Source of the DNA: Selaginella moellendorffii
Taxonomy: Eukaryota > Plantae > Lycopodiophyta
Assembly (NCBI RefSeq): GCF_000143415.4
Contig: NW_003314445.1
Coordinates: 1 to 27,661 of the forward strand
Direction of reading: 5' to 3'
Length of the DNA stretch: 27,661 nt
The stretch's first letter is position 1. Every line of letters begins with the position of its first letter. Under the pieces are notes generated by a model. That model was not told the origin of the DNA. It ran no database searches and saw only the letters and a program-made list of their open reading frames with translations. Below are positions 11,290 to 21,334 of the stretch, in pieces. A program made the position numbers and the translations under genes.

Positions 11290-12435
11290 TGTCGCGCATG
11301 TGACTTCGGGTATCGAAAGTTACCTGTCGACTAATCCTTATGGACACTCTTACCTTACTGCCACGATGGCAGGAGGTCGGTATTGCTGGACCCTTTATTA
11401 GTCCCTCTTGTGCTAGTGGAGTTAACTGGGCATTTCGAGTGTACTTAGACCGGATGAGCATAAGGACGGAATTCCTACGTGTTATTAGCTAAGCATACTT
11501 AGCCCGGTAAGGAGTTCCCGTCTCGTTATGTCTTGCACTGGCTAGTGACAAGAACCCTCGCGTATTGAGATTGGTCCCTCAATATCGCTACATGATAGCT
11601 TACCGTGTCTGCCAAACACCCTCGCTATCATGCCCTTTGTGTTAGTCTCATTTCGGTCCCAAATGCTAATTATGGAAAGTGTCCAGATTTGCTCATTTGG
11701 CATATCTATGGAATGTAGAGGTTGGCCTAAACACAATGGTGTTCGTCCCGTGTCCAAATTCACAATCTAGGGACATTCCATATTTAGTAAGTTTCGAGCT
11801 TGTCCCAGAGACTAACTCCTGATACTAAGGGAGGCTTGGGGTGAAAGCCCAAAGCGTGTGTTCCTCAAGGGGGGGGGGCTATGGGGGGTTCCAAATGTAT
11901 AGTAGGGATAGTGGGTAGGTCGGGCATGGCCGACCAACCTGAGGCATAGTCTAGCTCCCACTTGCGTGCCTATCCTTGTTCTGCGTCCGGCTTGGGTCTA
12001 AGCCCAAGTTCCATTCCATGCTAGCTGGTGGAGTACCCATATCCTCACGTTAGGCCACCGGTATGCCGAAATAGCGCCAGACTCCGTTTGGCTCCGTTTT
12101 GTGTGCTGGTCCTGGCATTGGGATGCTGGTTACTCTAGGACTGTTCCAAGTTGCTCCAGGCTCCTGTCCCTTCGCTCCTTGGGTTGTATGCTCGGGAGTT
12201 ACTCTATGGTCCGGTTCCATCACTCCTTGGCTCCACGCTTGGGAGTTTGGCACCGTTCCTTCGTTCAGTGGCCCAAGGCCCTGAACCTCGGGTTCTTATG
12301 GACACGTGGCATGGACACGTGGCATGTGACACGTGGCATCTGTCACGTGGCACAAAGAGGGTTTAGGTTCTGCTTCGTGGTGTTATCCTATAGTAAATCA
12401 CCATAGGATAAAGGGTCAAAACCACGTGCGCTACA
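11290..12435 (+). repeat. Element C 3' LTR (1146 bp)
   Basis: Preceded by the PPT and followed by TSD GGCTG. Confidence 0.97.
12303..12351 (+). promoter_or_regulatory. Array of four CACGTGGC (G-box/ABRE) motifs in element C's 3' LTR; two intact and two mutated copies in the 5' LTR at 6189-6237
   Basis: CACGTGGC at 12303, 12316, 12330 and 12344, plus CACGTG at 12423. Function not demonstrated. Confidence 0.6.
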
Positions 12436-15400
12436 GGCTGCAGGCGAGAAATCCCATAGAGAGCTAAGTCCTCGGTGCGTGCAAACTTCCGTGAAAGAGC
12501 ATCTGGAAGTACATTGGAAGCACCTGGTCGATACTCGATAGTGAAGTCAAAGGCTTGAAGTTCTTCCACCCAACGCATCTGCTTCTTGTTGAGGTGGGGT
12601 TGAGTGAGCAAAAACCGAATGCTCACATGATCAGTGCGAAGCCGAAAATGACGGAAAGCCAAATAATGCTTCCATCAACAAACAGCATGCATAACACCTG
12701 CCATTTCCTGTTCGTATACTGGAGCTCTGGATTCAATCTCCATAAACCGGCGGCTCTCAAAAGCAACAATGCCATGCTGCTGGAGTAAAACTCCTCCCAC
12801 TCCTTGGTCTGATGCATCAGTCTCTACTGTGAATTCCTTTGAAAAATCTGGCAATACCAGAACCGGAGCCTCCACAATTCGTTGCTTGAGGTTCATGAAC
12901 GCCTGCTGGGCCCTAGCATTCCAACAGAATTGTGTCGACCTGAGGAGATCTGTGAGAGGAGCAGCTACTGACACAAAGTGCTTAACAAACTTCCGCAAAT
13001 AGTTGGCAAATCCCAAGAAGGCCCGAAGCTGTTTCATGGTTTGTGGTATCGGCCAGACGGCAACAGCCTCTAACTTGTTTGGATCCGCCATCACCTGTCC
13101 CTTAGCCACCTTAAATCCCAGGTAGTCCACTTCCACAGCACCAAAAGAACACTTTGCGAGCTTGCACACCATTCCTGCTTCCTCCAACGCTTGCAGTACC
13201 TATTCCACGTGATTGAGGTGCAGCTTCCAAGTTCGGCTGAAGATCAAGATGTCATCAAAGAACACCACCACAAAGTTGAACAAGAACCGTCCCAACACCT
13301 TGTTCATGGCGGCTTGAAATGTGGCTGGTGCATTAGTGAGCCCAAAGGGCATCACCTTAAACTGGAAAAGACCCCTGTGTGTCCTGAATGCAGTTTTGTG
13401 ACGATCACGTTCCACCACATTGATTTGATAATACCCCGATCTCAAATCCAGCTTTGTGAAGAAACAGGCTCCCCCAAGCTCATCCATCAATTCCTCCACC
13501 CTCGGAATAGGAAACCTGTTTTTGACTGTGATTCTGTTCAGTGCTCTGTAGTCCACACACAGTTGCCAACCACCATCTTTTTTTAGAACCAGCAAAATGG
13601 GAGCAGCAAATGGACTAGAACTTGGCTCTATCAGTCCCTGCTGAAGAAGCTCATCTGTCATCCTGTCAACCTCTTGACGTTCCTCCCGTGATAATCTCAA
13701 AAATGGACGAGTAACTGGAATGGAGTTGCCCTCTAGAACAATGGAATGTTCCACACCTGTTCTAGATGACACCAACAAAGAAACTTGGTGGCTGAAAACT
13801 GGTAGATGACGGAGGAGAACCTCACGCAAATCTCCTGGAATCGTCAACCTGAGAATATCTTGTCGAAGCTCATGAAACTCCTCCTGCTAAGCGACTGAAT
13901 TCTTGCTATCAGCCACTCTGCACTGCATCATCTCATCTCTCTCAGCCTTTTGCACCCCTTCTGTTTGGTCTCCAGCTTCAACTGGTACGGCAATTGCGCC
14001 CTTCCCACACATCCGAGCACACTGGGCATAAGACACCGTTGAGCAGTCCTGGGGAACCTCGATACCAGCCCAAGTGACCCTCTTGCCGTTGTTATTGAAG
14101 CTAAGACGTTGCTCCTGGAAGTTCACCATGATATCCCCAAGCTGCTGGAGAGTCTCCACCCCGATGACTACATCCACTGCACCCATATCCAGCACATGGA
14201 ACCAACCCTTCACTGTGTACTCCCCAACCACAAATGCACAATCCACCACTTGAGATGATTCCACCATCCCTCCATCCGCAATCTCAACATTCAAGAGACT
14301 ATTGGTGTGCAACGGAAGGAGCTTTAGCTGTGATAAACTCTGCCAATTCACAAATGTGTGTGAGGCGCCAGAGTCCACCAGGCCGAAAGCCACCCTGCCA
14401 TTAATTGTTCCCCGCACCCGGAAACACTGCAGACCAGTCTTTCCAAAATATGCTGAGCAGGAGATAAATGCCTTGCCACCTGAGCTGTCAGGGTCCTCCA
14501 AGCCCGGGCTATTGTTCCCTGACTCCCAAACAAAGATCTCCTCACTCTCATCAACCGTGTCCATGTCGACTGGAACAAATTCCCCAGAAGCAGCCTCACG
14601 AAAATGTAGCATCGCCACCTTTGCCTTGGGAACAGTAGCACCCTTCCGAGATGGGCAAACCAAATGGTGGCCTCGAGTCCATTTCTGCCCACAATCAAAG
14701 CATTTGCCTAGCTTCAAATCCTCTGAGCGTTTGGCCCGTTCTTGAGTGGATAGATCTCGCCAAGGCTTGCGTTCCTTATCACTGTTCACTGTCGGCAACA
14801 CTGTCGGCGTAGGGGTCGGTGATGCAGCTGGGAAATCCTGACGATGAAGCCTGCTTATATCAGGACGACGCAATCGAGACTCCCATTCACGAAACCGCTG
14901 GTCTGCATTCAATGCTGCCACCATTGCCTGATGCACAGAAACTGGTTTGGTTTGAGCAACATCACCTGCCATTGATGAGGGCAGCACTGCTACGTAACGC
15001 TGGGCCAAAATCTCGTCTGAAACTCCCACTACCTCATATCTAGCCCGTAACCATCCTGTATTGAATGCCTGGAGAGTTTGATGTTGCCAGTCATAGTGAA
15101 GGTCGCACAACTTGTTGAAGAGCAGCTCCAAAACATGGGTCAGGATGAAAGTGTCTGTGATCAAGACTTTGAACTGTTCCCAGTCCAGGAATATGCGAGC
15201 TCGTTCCAAGTTATGAAACCACTCAGATGCCAGATCCTTCAAGAAGATTGATGCAAAGGGAACCTTATCCACTCCCTTGGTATCTCGCCACACAATACAC
15301 CGCTCCAGCTTGCAGAGCCAATCTTGAAGTCTTAGTCGATCATTTGAGCCATCGTACTCTGGTATATTGAGCTTCTCCCGATCCTGCCACCGTGACCCCA

Positions 15401-15908
15401 TCCCTGGACCCCTCCCGAGTATCCCCTTGGTCCCTCCTTCTGGAACTGGTGACTTCATCTTCTCCAGCAAGTCATCATACCAAGGTCGATCACCTGTTGG
15501 GGGTAATTCAGGACTCGAATCTTGGAACCAATCTTCATCAGAAAAACGGTGCACGATGTCTTTCAGATCAGGGTCTCCTCGATCCTTGACCCTAGACCTC
15601 ATCTGTTCTTGCTTCTCTGTCAAAACCCGTTGCTGCTCCCCCAGCTCCTCTATCTTGCCACCCATAGTGGCCTGATTGTGCTCGATGATGGCCAAGGTAC
15701 GCTGCAATTGTTGGAACCTCTCCAAGTCCTGCTGATGATTCGTCACATAGCGCTGCATGAAAGACTGCAACACCTCCCTCAACTCACCAACCGGCTCAGG
15801 CACTACCTGTGGAGAATTCACTGGATCGACCACCTCTACATTGCTGGATTCTCCATCTGCTGAAGGGGAAGATTTCACCTCTTTTTTTCCTTTGTTCCAT
15901 GGTGGCAT
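12436..15908 (-). pseudogene. Element B gag-protease-RT-RNase H
   Basis: Probable ATG at 15908 (MPPWNKGKK). Zn knuckle CFDCGQKWTRGH; protease LVDSGASHTF; RT LCVDYRALN, KLDLRSGYYQ, MPFGLTNAPATFQ, VFFDDILI; RNase H VETDAS. One frame with stops at 13887, 13200 and 12675. Confidence 0.95.
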
Positions 15909-16133
15909 TGCTTCTTTTCGGTGCCTCCCTCTCGCCCAAGCCCAGATCGCCCACGGCAGCCTAGGGTAAATGATCGCCGCCGTGAACACCTCCCGTCGGA
16001 TGCCTTGCTGAGACAGCTGTACCCTAGATCGGGCGAATGCAGTGGAGCTAAGGACGTGGACCAATCCTCTCTCCCACGATGCGATATCCCGAATGATCTT
16101 TGCCAAGGTCCTGATCAATGCTCCGATACCAAA

Positions 16134-16351
16134 TGTTAGGATGTGAATCCAATCAAAAAGGTTGTAATCCATTAATGAGTGATTCACATGAGAAACAAGA
16201 GAAGAGAAAAGGCTCAAAGCCTGGAAGAAGAAGAAGAGAACAACAAAAACCTAGCCTCCCCCTTTGCGCCAGTCGGACCATATATGTCTCGTACGGATCC
16301 CCCCATCGTCCCGCATCCGTACTAGTTATGAGCCAAGAATAGCTCATAACA
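16134..16351 (-). repeat. Element B 5' LTR (218 bp)
   Basis: Adjacent to the minus-strand PBS and bounded by TSD CTTTT. Confidence 0.97.
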
Positions 16352-16356
16352 CTTTT

Positions 16357-16813
16357 GCTTCGTGCGGAGCCAAATATGTCGGAGCGGATCAAGCTAGGAA
16401 TGTTGTGGCTAGCACTTCGTCAAGATCTTGTCGGCCTTGTGCATGCATTTACCCCTGCCACTCTTGACGATGCTCTTCGCGTGGCACAACGTTATGAGAC
16501 ATTGCCTCTTCCACTTCTCGTTACACATCCTTCAACTCTACTTCCTATGAGTGATGGTCCTATTCCCATGGAGGTTGATGCTGCTGCTACTCGAGTCCAA
16601 GGACAAGGGCGAGGAAGTGGTCGTGGCCGTGATGTTCGTTGCTGGGCGTGTGATGAAGTTGGTCATACTTATCGGCATTGTCGGCACTTTCCGGATTGGC
16701 CACCTCCATTTCCTGGGTGGAGACCTTGGCATCAGCAACGTCTTGTTGGTGCTGTTGCGGTGGAAGGTTTGGATACCGAGGTGCATCCAGGAAATGAGGA
16801 GTCACGTGAGTAA
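16357..16813 (+). pseudogene. Element A gag, 3' part
   Basis: PATLDDALRVAQRYE, GPIPMEVD, CCHC knuckle CWACDEVGHTYRHC. Joins 3483 across the TSD (FRSLL|LRAEP). Confidence 0.9.
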
Positions 16814-19800
16814 TGGAGGGACCTTGCGCGAATAAGTTAGTGACCCCTCCATCTTTCTTTCGGGAGTATCATCAAGGGGTTCACTTGGCACTGGTTCATC
16901 CAGTGTTTACTTTCCAAGCTCGTTTTTATTACAAGAGGTCTCCTATTCTTCTCTCCGTGTTGGTTGATACAGGTTCGAGTTTATCTTCTATTGCTCGACC
17001 TGTTGCCACACGTTGTTGTCTACACTTGTGTCGTGCGGCGGATCCAGTTTTCATTCTTTATGGCAACAGCCGTACACATGCATGTGCACGAGATGAGGCG
17101 GACCTAATTGTGCGTGTGGGCGATCTCAAGCTTGAGTTGCAGTCGTTGCGGGTGATGCCAAGTCAAGCTTTTGACCTCATTCTTGGTATGGATTGGTTGC
17201 AGCACAATCATGCCAAGTGTGACTTTGAGGCTTCTCCCCCTTGTCTCATACTTCCTTATATTTCATCCATTCCTCTCACTTCTGTACCTCTTCGTCCCTC
17301 TACTTCTACCTCTGCTTCCATTAATTTTGTTCCCCTACTATTTCCTCTTGTGTTTCCATCTTGTTCTGCTCTTCCCTTTTCCGATCCCTCCAATGATCTT
17401 TGTGTTGCAGTTGTTGACCAGCTCATGAAGGAGTATTCTGATCTCTTTGAATTTGACCTATCATCTGGGGCCAAGATTGCCACACGTCATCCCATTCCAA
17501 CCGGGGATGCTCGTCCAATCAAGGTTCCTGTTCGTTGTCGGTCACCCAAGGAGATCAAGATTTTACGTGCAAACGTCAAGGAGATGTTGGAGAAGGGTGT
17601 TATTCGGAAGTCGTGGAGTCTTTGGGCATGTGAACCTCATCTTGTGACGAAGCCTGATAGGAGTATTTGTTTCTGCATCGATTATTGTCTGTTAAATAAA
17701 GTGACGATCCCGGATGTGTACCCTCTTCCTCACACTGTTGATCTCTTGGATTGTCTGGGGCGAAGTCGTTGGTTCACCAAGCTAGATCTTGCTTCTGGGT
17801 ACTGGCAAGTACCGATGGCCGATGAAGATATTCCTAAGACTTCTTTTCGTACACCATTTGGTTTGTACGAGTTCTTGGTGATGCCATTTGGTTTGAACAA
17901 TGCTCCAGCAACTTTTTAGCGGATGATGGACAAAGTTCTTTGTGATATGCCAGAGGTGACTACTGACTTCATTGATGATGTCTTGATTCACTCAGAGGGG
18001 ATGTGGGTAGAGCATGTTCATGATGTGTGTAAAGTGTTGGATCGGCTACGGGATGTTGGTTTAAAGCTGAAGCGGTCGAAGTGCATATTTGGGTCCAAGG
18101 ACACAACTTATCTTGGGTACCGTATTTCTCGTGAGGGTTTGCAAGTTGATCCTGAAAAACTCGTAGCCGTTCTAAAGTTCCCTACTCCGAAGTGTGTGAA
18201 TGATGTGCAGCGCTTCCTGGGCAAGGTGCAGTATCTCGGTCGTTTTGTGAATCATCTTTCTGATTGCACTGCACCATTGCGAACGTTGCTGAAGTCATCA
18301 ATGTCATCTTTCATCTGGTCTTCAGATTGTGAGCGGGCGTTTGTGGATCTCAAAGTGCTGTTGACGACTCCTCCGGTTTTGGCATATCCTGACTACACTC
18401 GACCTTTTATTTTGCGTGTTGATGTTTCTGATATTGGTCTTGGAGGTGTGTTAATGCAAGAGAGCCTGAGTGTGCCTAGTCAGCATCATCCCATTGCATA
18501 TATAAGCCGTACGTTACAACCAGCAGAGGTGAACTACTCCACGACAAAGAAGGAGTGTTTAGCGGCAGTTTGGGGTTTCGAGAAACTTCATGCATATTTA
18601 CATGGTTCTCGGACATTACTTGAAGGTGACCATGCTGCCGTTATTTCATTATTGAAGCGGAAGAACCTGGTTGGTCATACTGCTCGGTGAGCTTTAAAGC
18701 TTCAGATATATGATTTTGATGTTGTTCATCGCTCAGGGAGTTCTATGGCTGATGCTGATGCCCTTTCTTGAGCTCCTCTTCCTTCTCCACTTTCTTCTCA
18801 TGTTTCTAATGAGCCTATTGTTCTAGCATTTATGGATTTTCTAGACGAGGATTCCATGCCGTCAGCGGTTGCTGTATTTGATGTTCAGTATCCACAAGGC
18901 ACAGAGCAAGATCTACCTTCTCTTGATAAGGTTTGCGAGGCTCAAAAGATTGAGCCGTGGATTCGAAGGCTTCGAGATGCGTTTGAGGATCCTACATCAC
19001 TTGCTGATAACTTGCCTTTCCGGCATTTACATTCTCAATATTGCCTTGAAGATGGCCTTCTTTATTTTGTGGGGACGGATCCTGATGATCATTTACGACT
19101 GGTGGTGCCTTCTATCTTTATTCCATGGTTTCTCCATGCCTACCATGATTCTCCTATTCTAGGTGGGCATATGAGACATCGTCGTATGACCGAGAAGTTG
19201 CACAGGTCTTTTTATTGGCCAGAGATGCGACGTGATGTTATCTGGTATGTGCGTAGCTGCGTTTTGTGCCAAGCTCGTAATACTCCCTCTTGTGCTGCGG
19301 AAGGACGGTTGGAGTCAATTGCAGTTTCCCGTCCGTTTGAGTTGGTGGCATTTGATCTTATGGGACCTTTTCCACAGTCGACTGCTGGCAATGTGTATGT
19401 TATTATTGCTTCTGACTACTTGACTCGTTGGGTGGAAGTTGGTGCTCTTGCTAGCACCTCTGCAACTGCTGTTGGATACTTCCTCCTCAATCGCGTGGTG
19501 TTCCAACATTCTTGTCCAGAGCGGATTCTTTCGGATAATGGTCCTGCATTTATGGCTGAGGTATTTTATGTTTTGACATCTCAGTTGGGGATACGCCACA
19601 CTTTTACGAGTGCTTATCATCCACAATTAGACGGTCTAGTGGAACGGCTCGTTCGGACATTCAAAGGGATGATTGCGAAGTATGTGAACTTTCAGCATTT
19701 GAATTGGGATGGTTATTTGCCATCTCTTCGGTATGCCTATGTCACAGGAGTGCAAAGTTTTATTGGTGCTTCACCATATAAACTTCTATATGGTCATGAT

Positions 19801-20277
19801 CCAATATTACCAACGGAGCTGGGTTTACCTTCGCGATTGCCACGAGCCCCTGATACTAGGTCATGGGATCAATATTTGACGAGCATTCTTCCACTTGTCC
19901 GAGCAGAATCTGCCGAACACTTAGGCCGCATACAAGTGGGACAACAACGGTGCTACAACTCCCATCATTGTCCACTTGCAGAGTACAAAGTGGATGATTT
20001 GGTGTTAGTCCGTTTTCCCCATCTTACGGTATGTGGTTTATCTAAGGGGCTCCTTGCGCAGTGGAAAGGACCATATCGGGTGTTGCGGCAAGTTGGACCG
20101 CAAGTTTATGAGGTTCGGCATGACGTCCAGCAGGCCGATCCTCCGGAGATTGTGCATGTGTAGCGGTTGAAACGCTTCATACAAAGGGATCAGGAGCAGT
20201 TAATGCCATCTACAGATCCGCCGATGCCTCCTCCTGACGTTCCTCCAGATCCCGGCCCATCTACAAGAGAACCCTGA
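16813..20277 (+). pseudogene. Element A pol (protease-RT-RNase H-integrase, no chromodomain)
   Basis: LVDTGSS, DLILGMDWL, KLDLASGYWQ, MPFGLNNAPATF, FIDDVLI, HHCC, ILSDNG, YHPQLDGLVER, WKGPY. In-frame stops at 17917, 18688, 18769 and 20161. Confidence 0.95.
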
Positions 20278-20309
20278 TAGCCTTCCATTATTTCGAGAGG
20301 AGGGGATGA

Positions 20310-20484
20310 TGTGAGGGCCAGGTGTACGGCTACGATGCCGTATACTAATATTAGCGTAGTGGGATTTTGGTAGCCGTCGGATTGGTTTCAATCCGAACCA
20401 CTCGCTCCTGTATATAATCTAGGCTTTTTGGGCTAATTGATATACACATTTTTGTATTCCCTTTCCATATTCCAAGCACTCACA
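20310..20484 (+). repeat. Element A 3' LTR (175 bp)
   Basis: Preceded by the PPT and followed by TSD TCTA. Confidence 0.96.
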
Positions 20485-20887
20485 TCTATATATTATATAG
20501 ATACAGATGTTCTAAAGGACACTTCTTGTTCTAATATTTTAAATATTTACTACATGCAATGATAGGGATGTTTGTTAGAACATAAAATAAAATGTTTTCA
20601 AAAAGAGTATTCTTGTAACTTCTTTAAATTTGTACTCTGTGCTTTCTGGCTAGTAAATGTCAGGTTTGTCAGACTTAAAAAAATTTTAAATTTGAAATAA
20701 GATTCTATGTAAAGCCATATAACCGTTTGAAAGGGAAAAAAATAATTGTTGGTGTAAGCTTATTGCATATAAAATAAGGATTTGGTTCTTTCTAGAATGC
20801 ATTTTTGAGGGGTTTGTCATAGCATACTGTCTAGAATTTAGAAATCTTCATTCACACTCTCATTTAAAAAAAGGGAAATACACACAA

Positions 20888-21334
20888 ATGTCTATGGGTT
20901 CTACTGTTGGTAATTTTAATTCTTGCAATCTTTCTTCCTAGGGTTCAAGGGCTAGGAGATGCAATAACTATCCCATTGCACAACATAACCAAACCACACA
21001 AGAGAATGAAAGAAAGGATAGTGAGGATAGTGATCATGAGTTGGAGATAAATGCAATGACAGAGGGTGCAATAATTTGGGTGAAAAAGAATGCCCTTTTA
21101 CTGATTGAGTGCAATTTTGCCACTTTCAAGAAATGCCCCATATGTTTTCTAGCGTCTAGTGGAAATAATGGCAATGATCAATATGATGGTATATATGCTC
21201 TCGCGACACACTACAACATCACGCACCCGAAAGACTACTATAAAATTTTTTTTGAGATGGTAAAGACAGAAATGGAGACACACGAGTACTATGGGCAGTA
21301 TTGCGAAAAGAACACTCGGAAGCATATAAAATGA
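20888..21334 (+). pseudogene. Small putative C2H2-like zinc-finger gene convergent with the transposase
   Basis: ATG at 20888 is in frame with ORF 21041-21334, with one TAG at 20939. Acidic patch DSEDSDHE and CPIC...H-x4-H (CPICFLASSGNNGNDQYDGIYALATHYNITHP). AT-rich noncoding DNA on both sides. Confidence 0.45.

Larger units (their letters stand above)
5175..12435 (+). mobile_element. Element C: non-autonomous LTR retroelement (LARD-like), gypsy/chromovirus-derived
   Basis: LTRs at 5175-6321 and 11290-12435 (TG...CA). TSD GGCTG at 5170-5174 and 12436-12440. PBS TGGTATAAGAG at 6324-6334 (degenerate iMet type), PPT aagggggggagag at 11277-11289. The ~4.97-kb interior has no ORF over ~80 aa. Removing C restores B's frame (ISRLQP|EYVEQ). 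Confidence 0.95.
3484..16351 (-). mobile_element. Element B: Ty3/gypsy chromovirus (Reina-like), interrupted by element C
   Basis: 218-bp TG...CA LTRs at 3484-3701 and 16134-16351. TSD CTTTT at 3479-3483 and 16352-16356. Minus-strand PBS TGGTATCGGAGC (tRNA-iMet type) at 16120-16131 and PPT at ~3702-3718. Single gag-pol frame ending in a chromodomain. Confidence 0.97.
2614..20484 (+). mobile_element. Element A: Ty3/gypsy LTR retrotransposon without chromodomain, degenerate, interrupted by element B
   Basis: TG...CA direct repeats at 2614-2788 and 20310-20484. TSD TCTA at 2610-2613 and 20485-20488. PBS at 2790, PPT gagaggaggggatga at 20295-20309. Domain order gag-PR-RT-RH-INT. Confidence 0.96.

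Noticed and set aside
15909-16217. N-terminal extension of the 776-aa ORF
   Set aside because: It runs through the PBS into the LTR; the likely start is the ATG at 15908.
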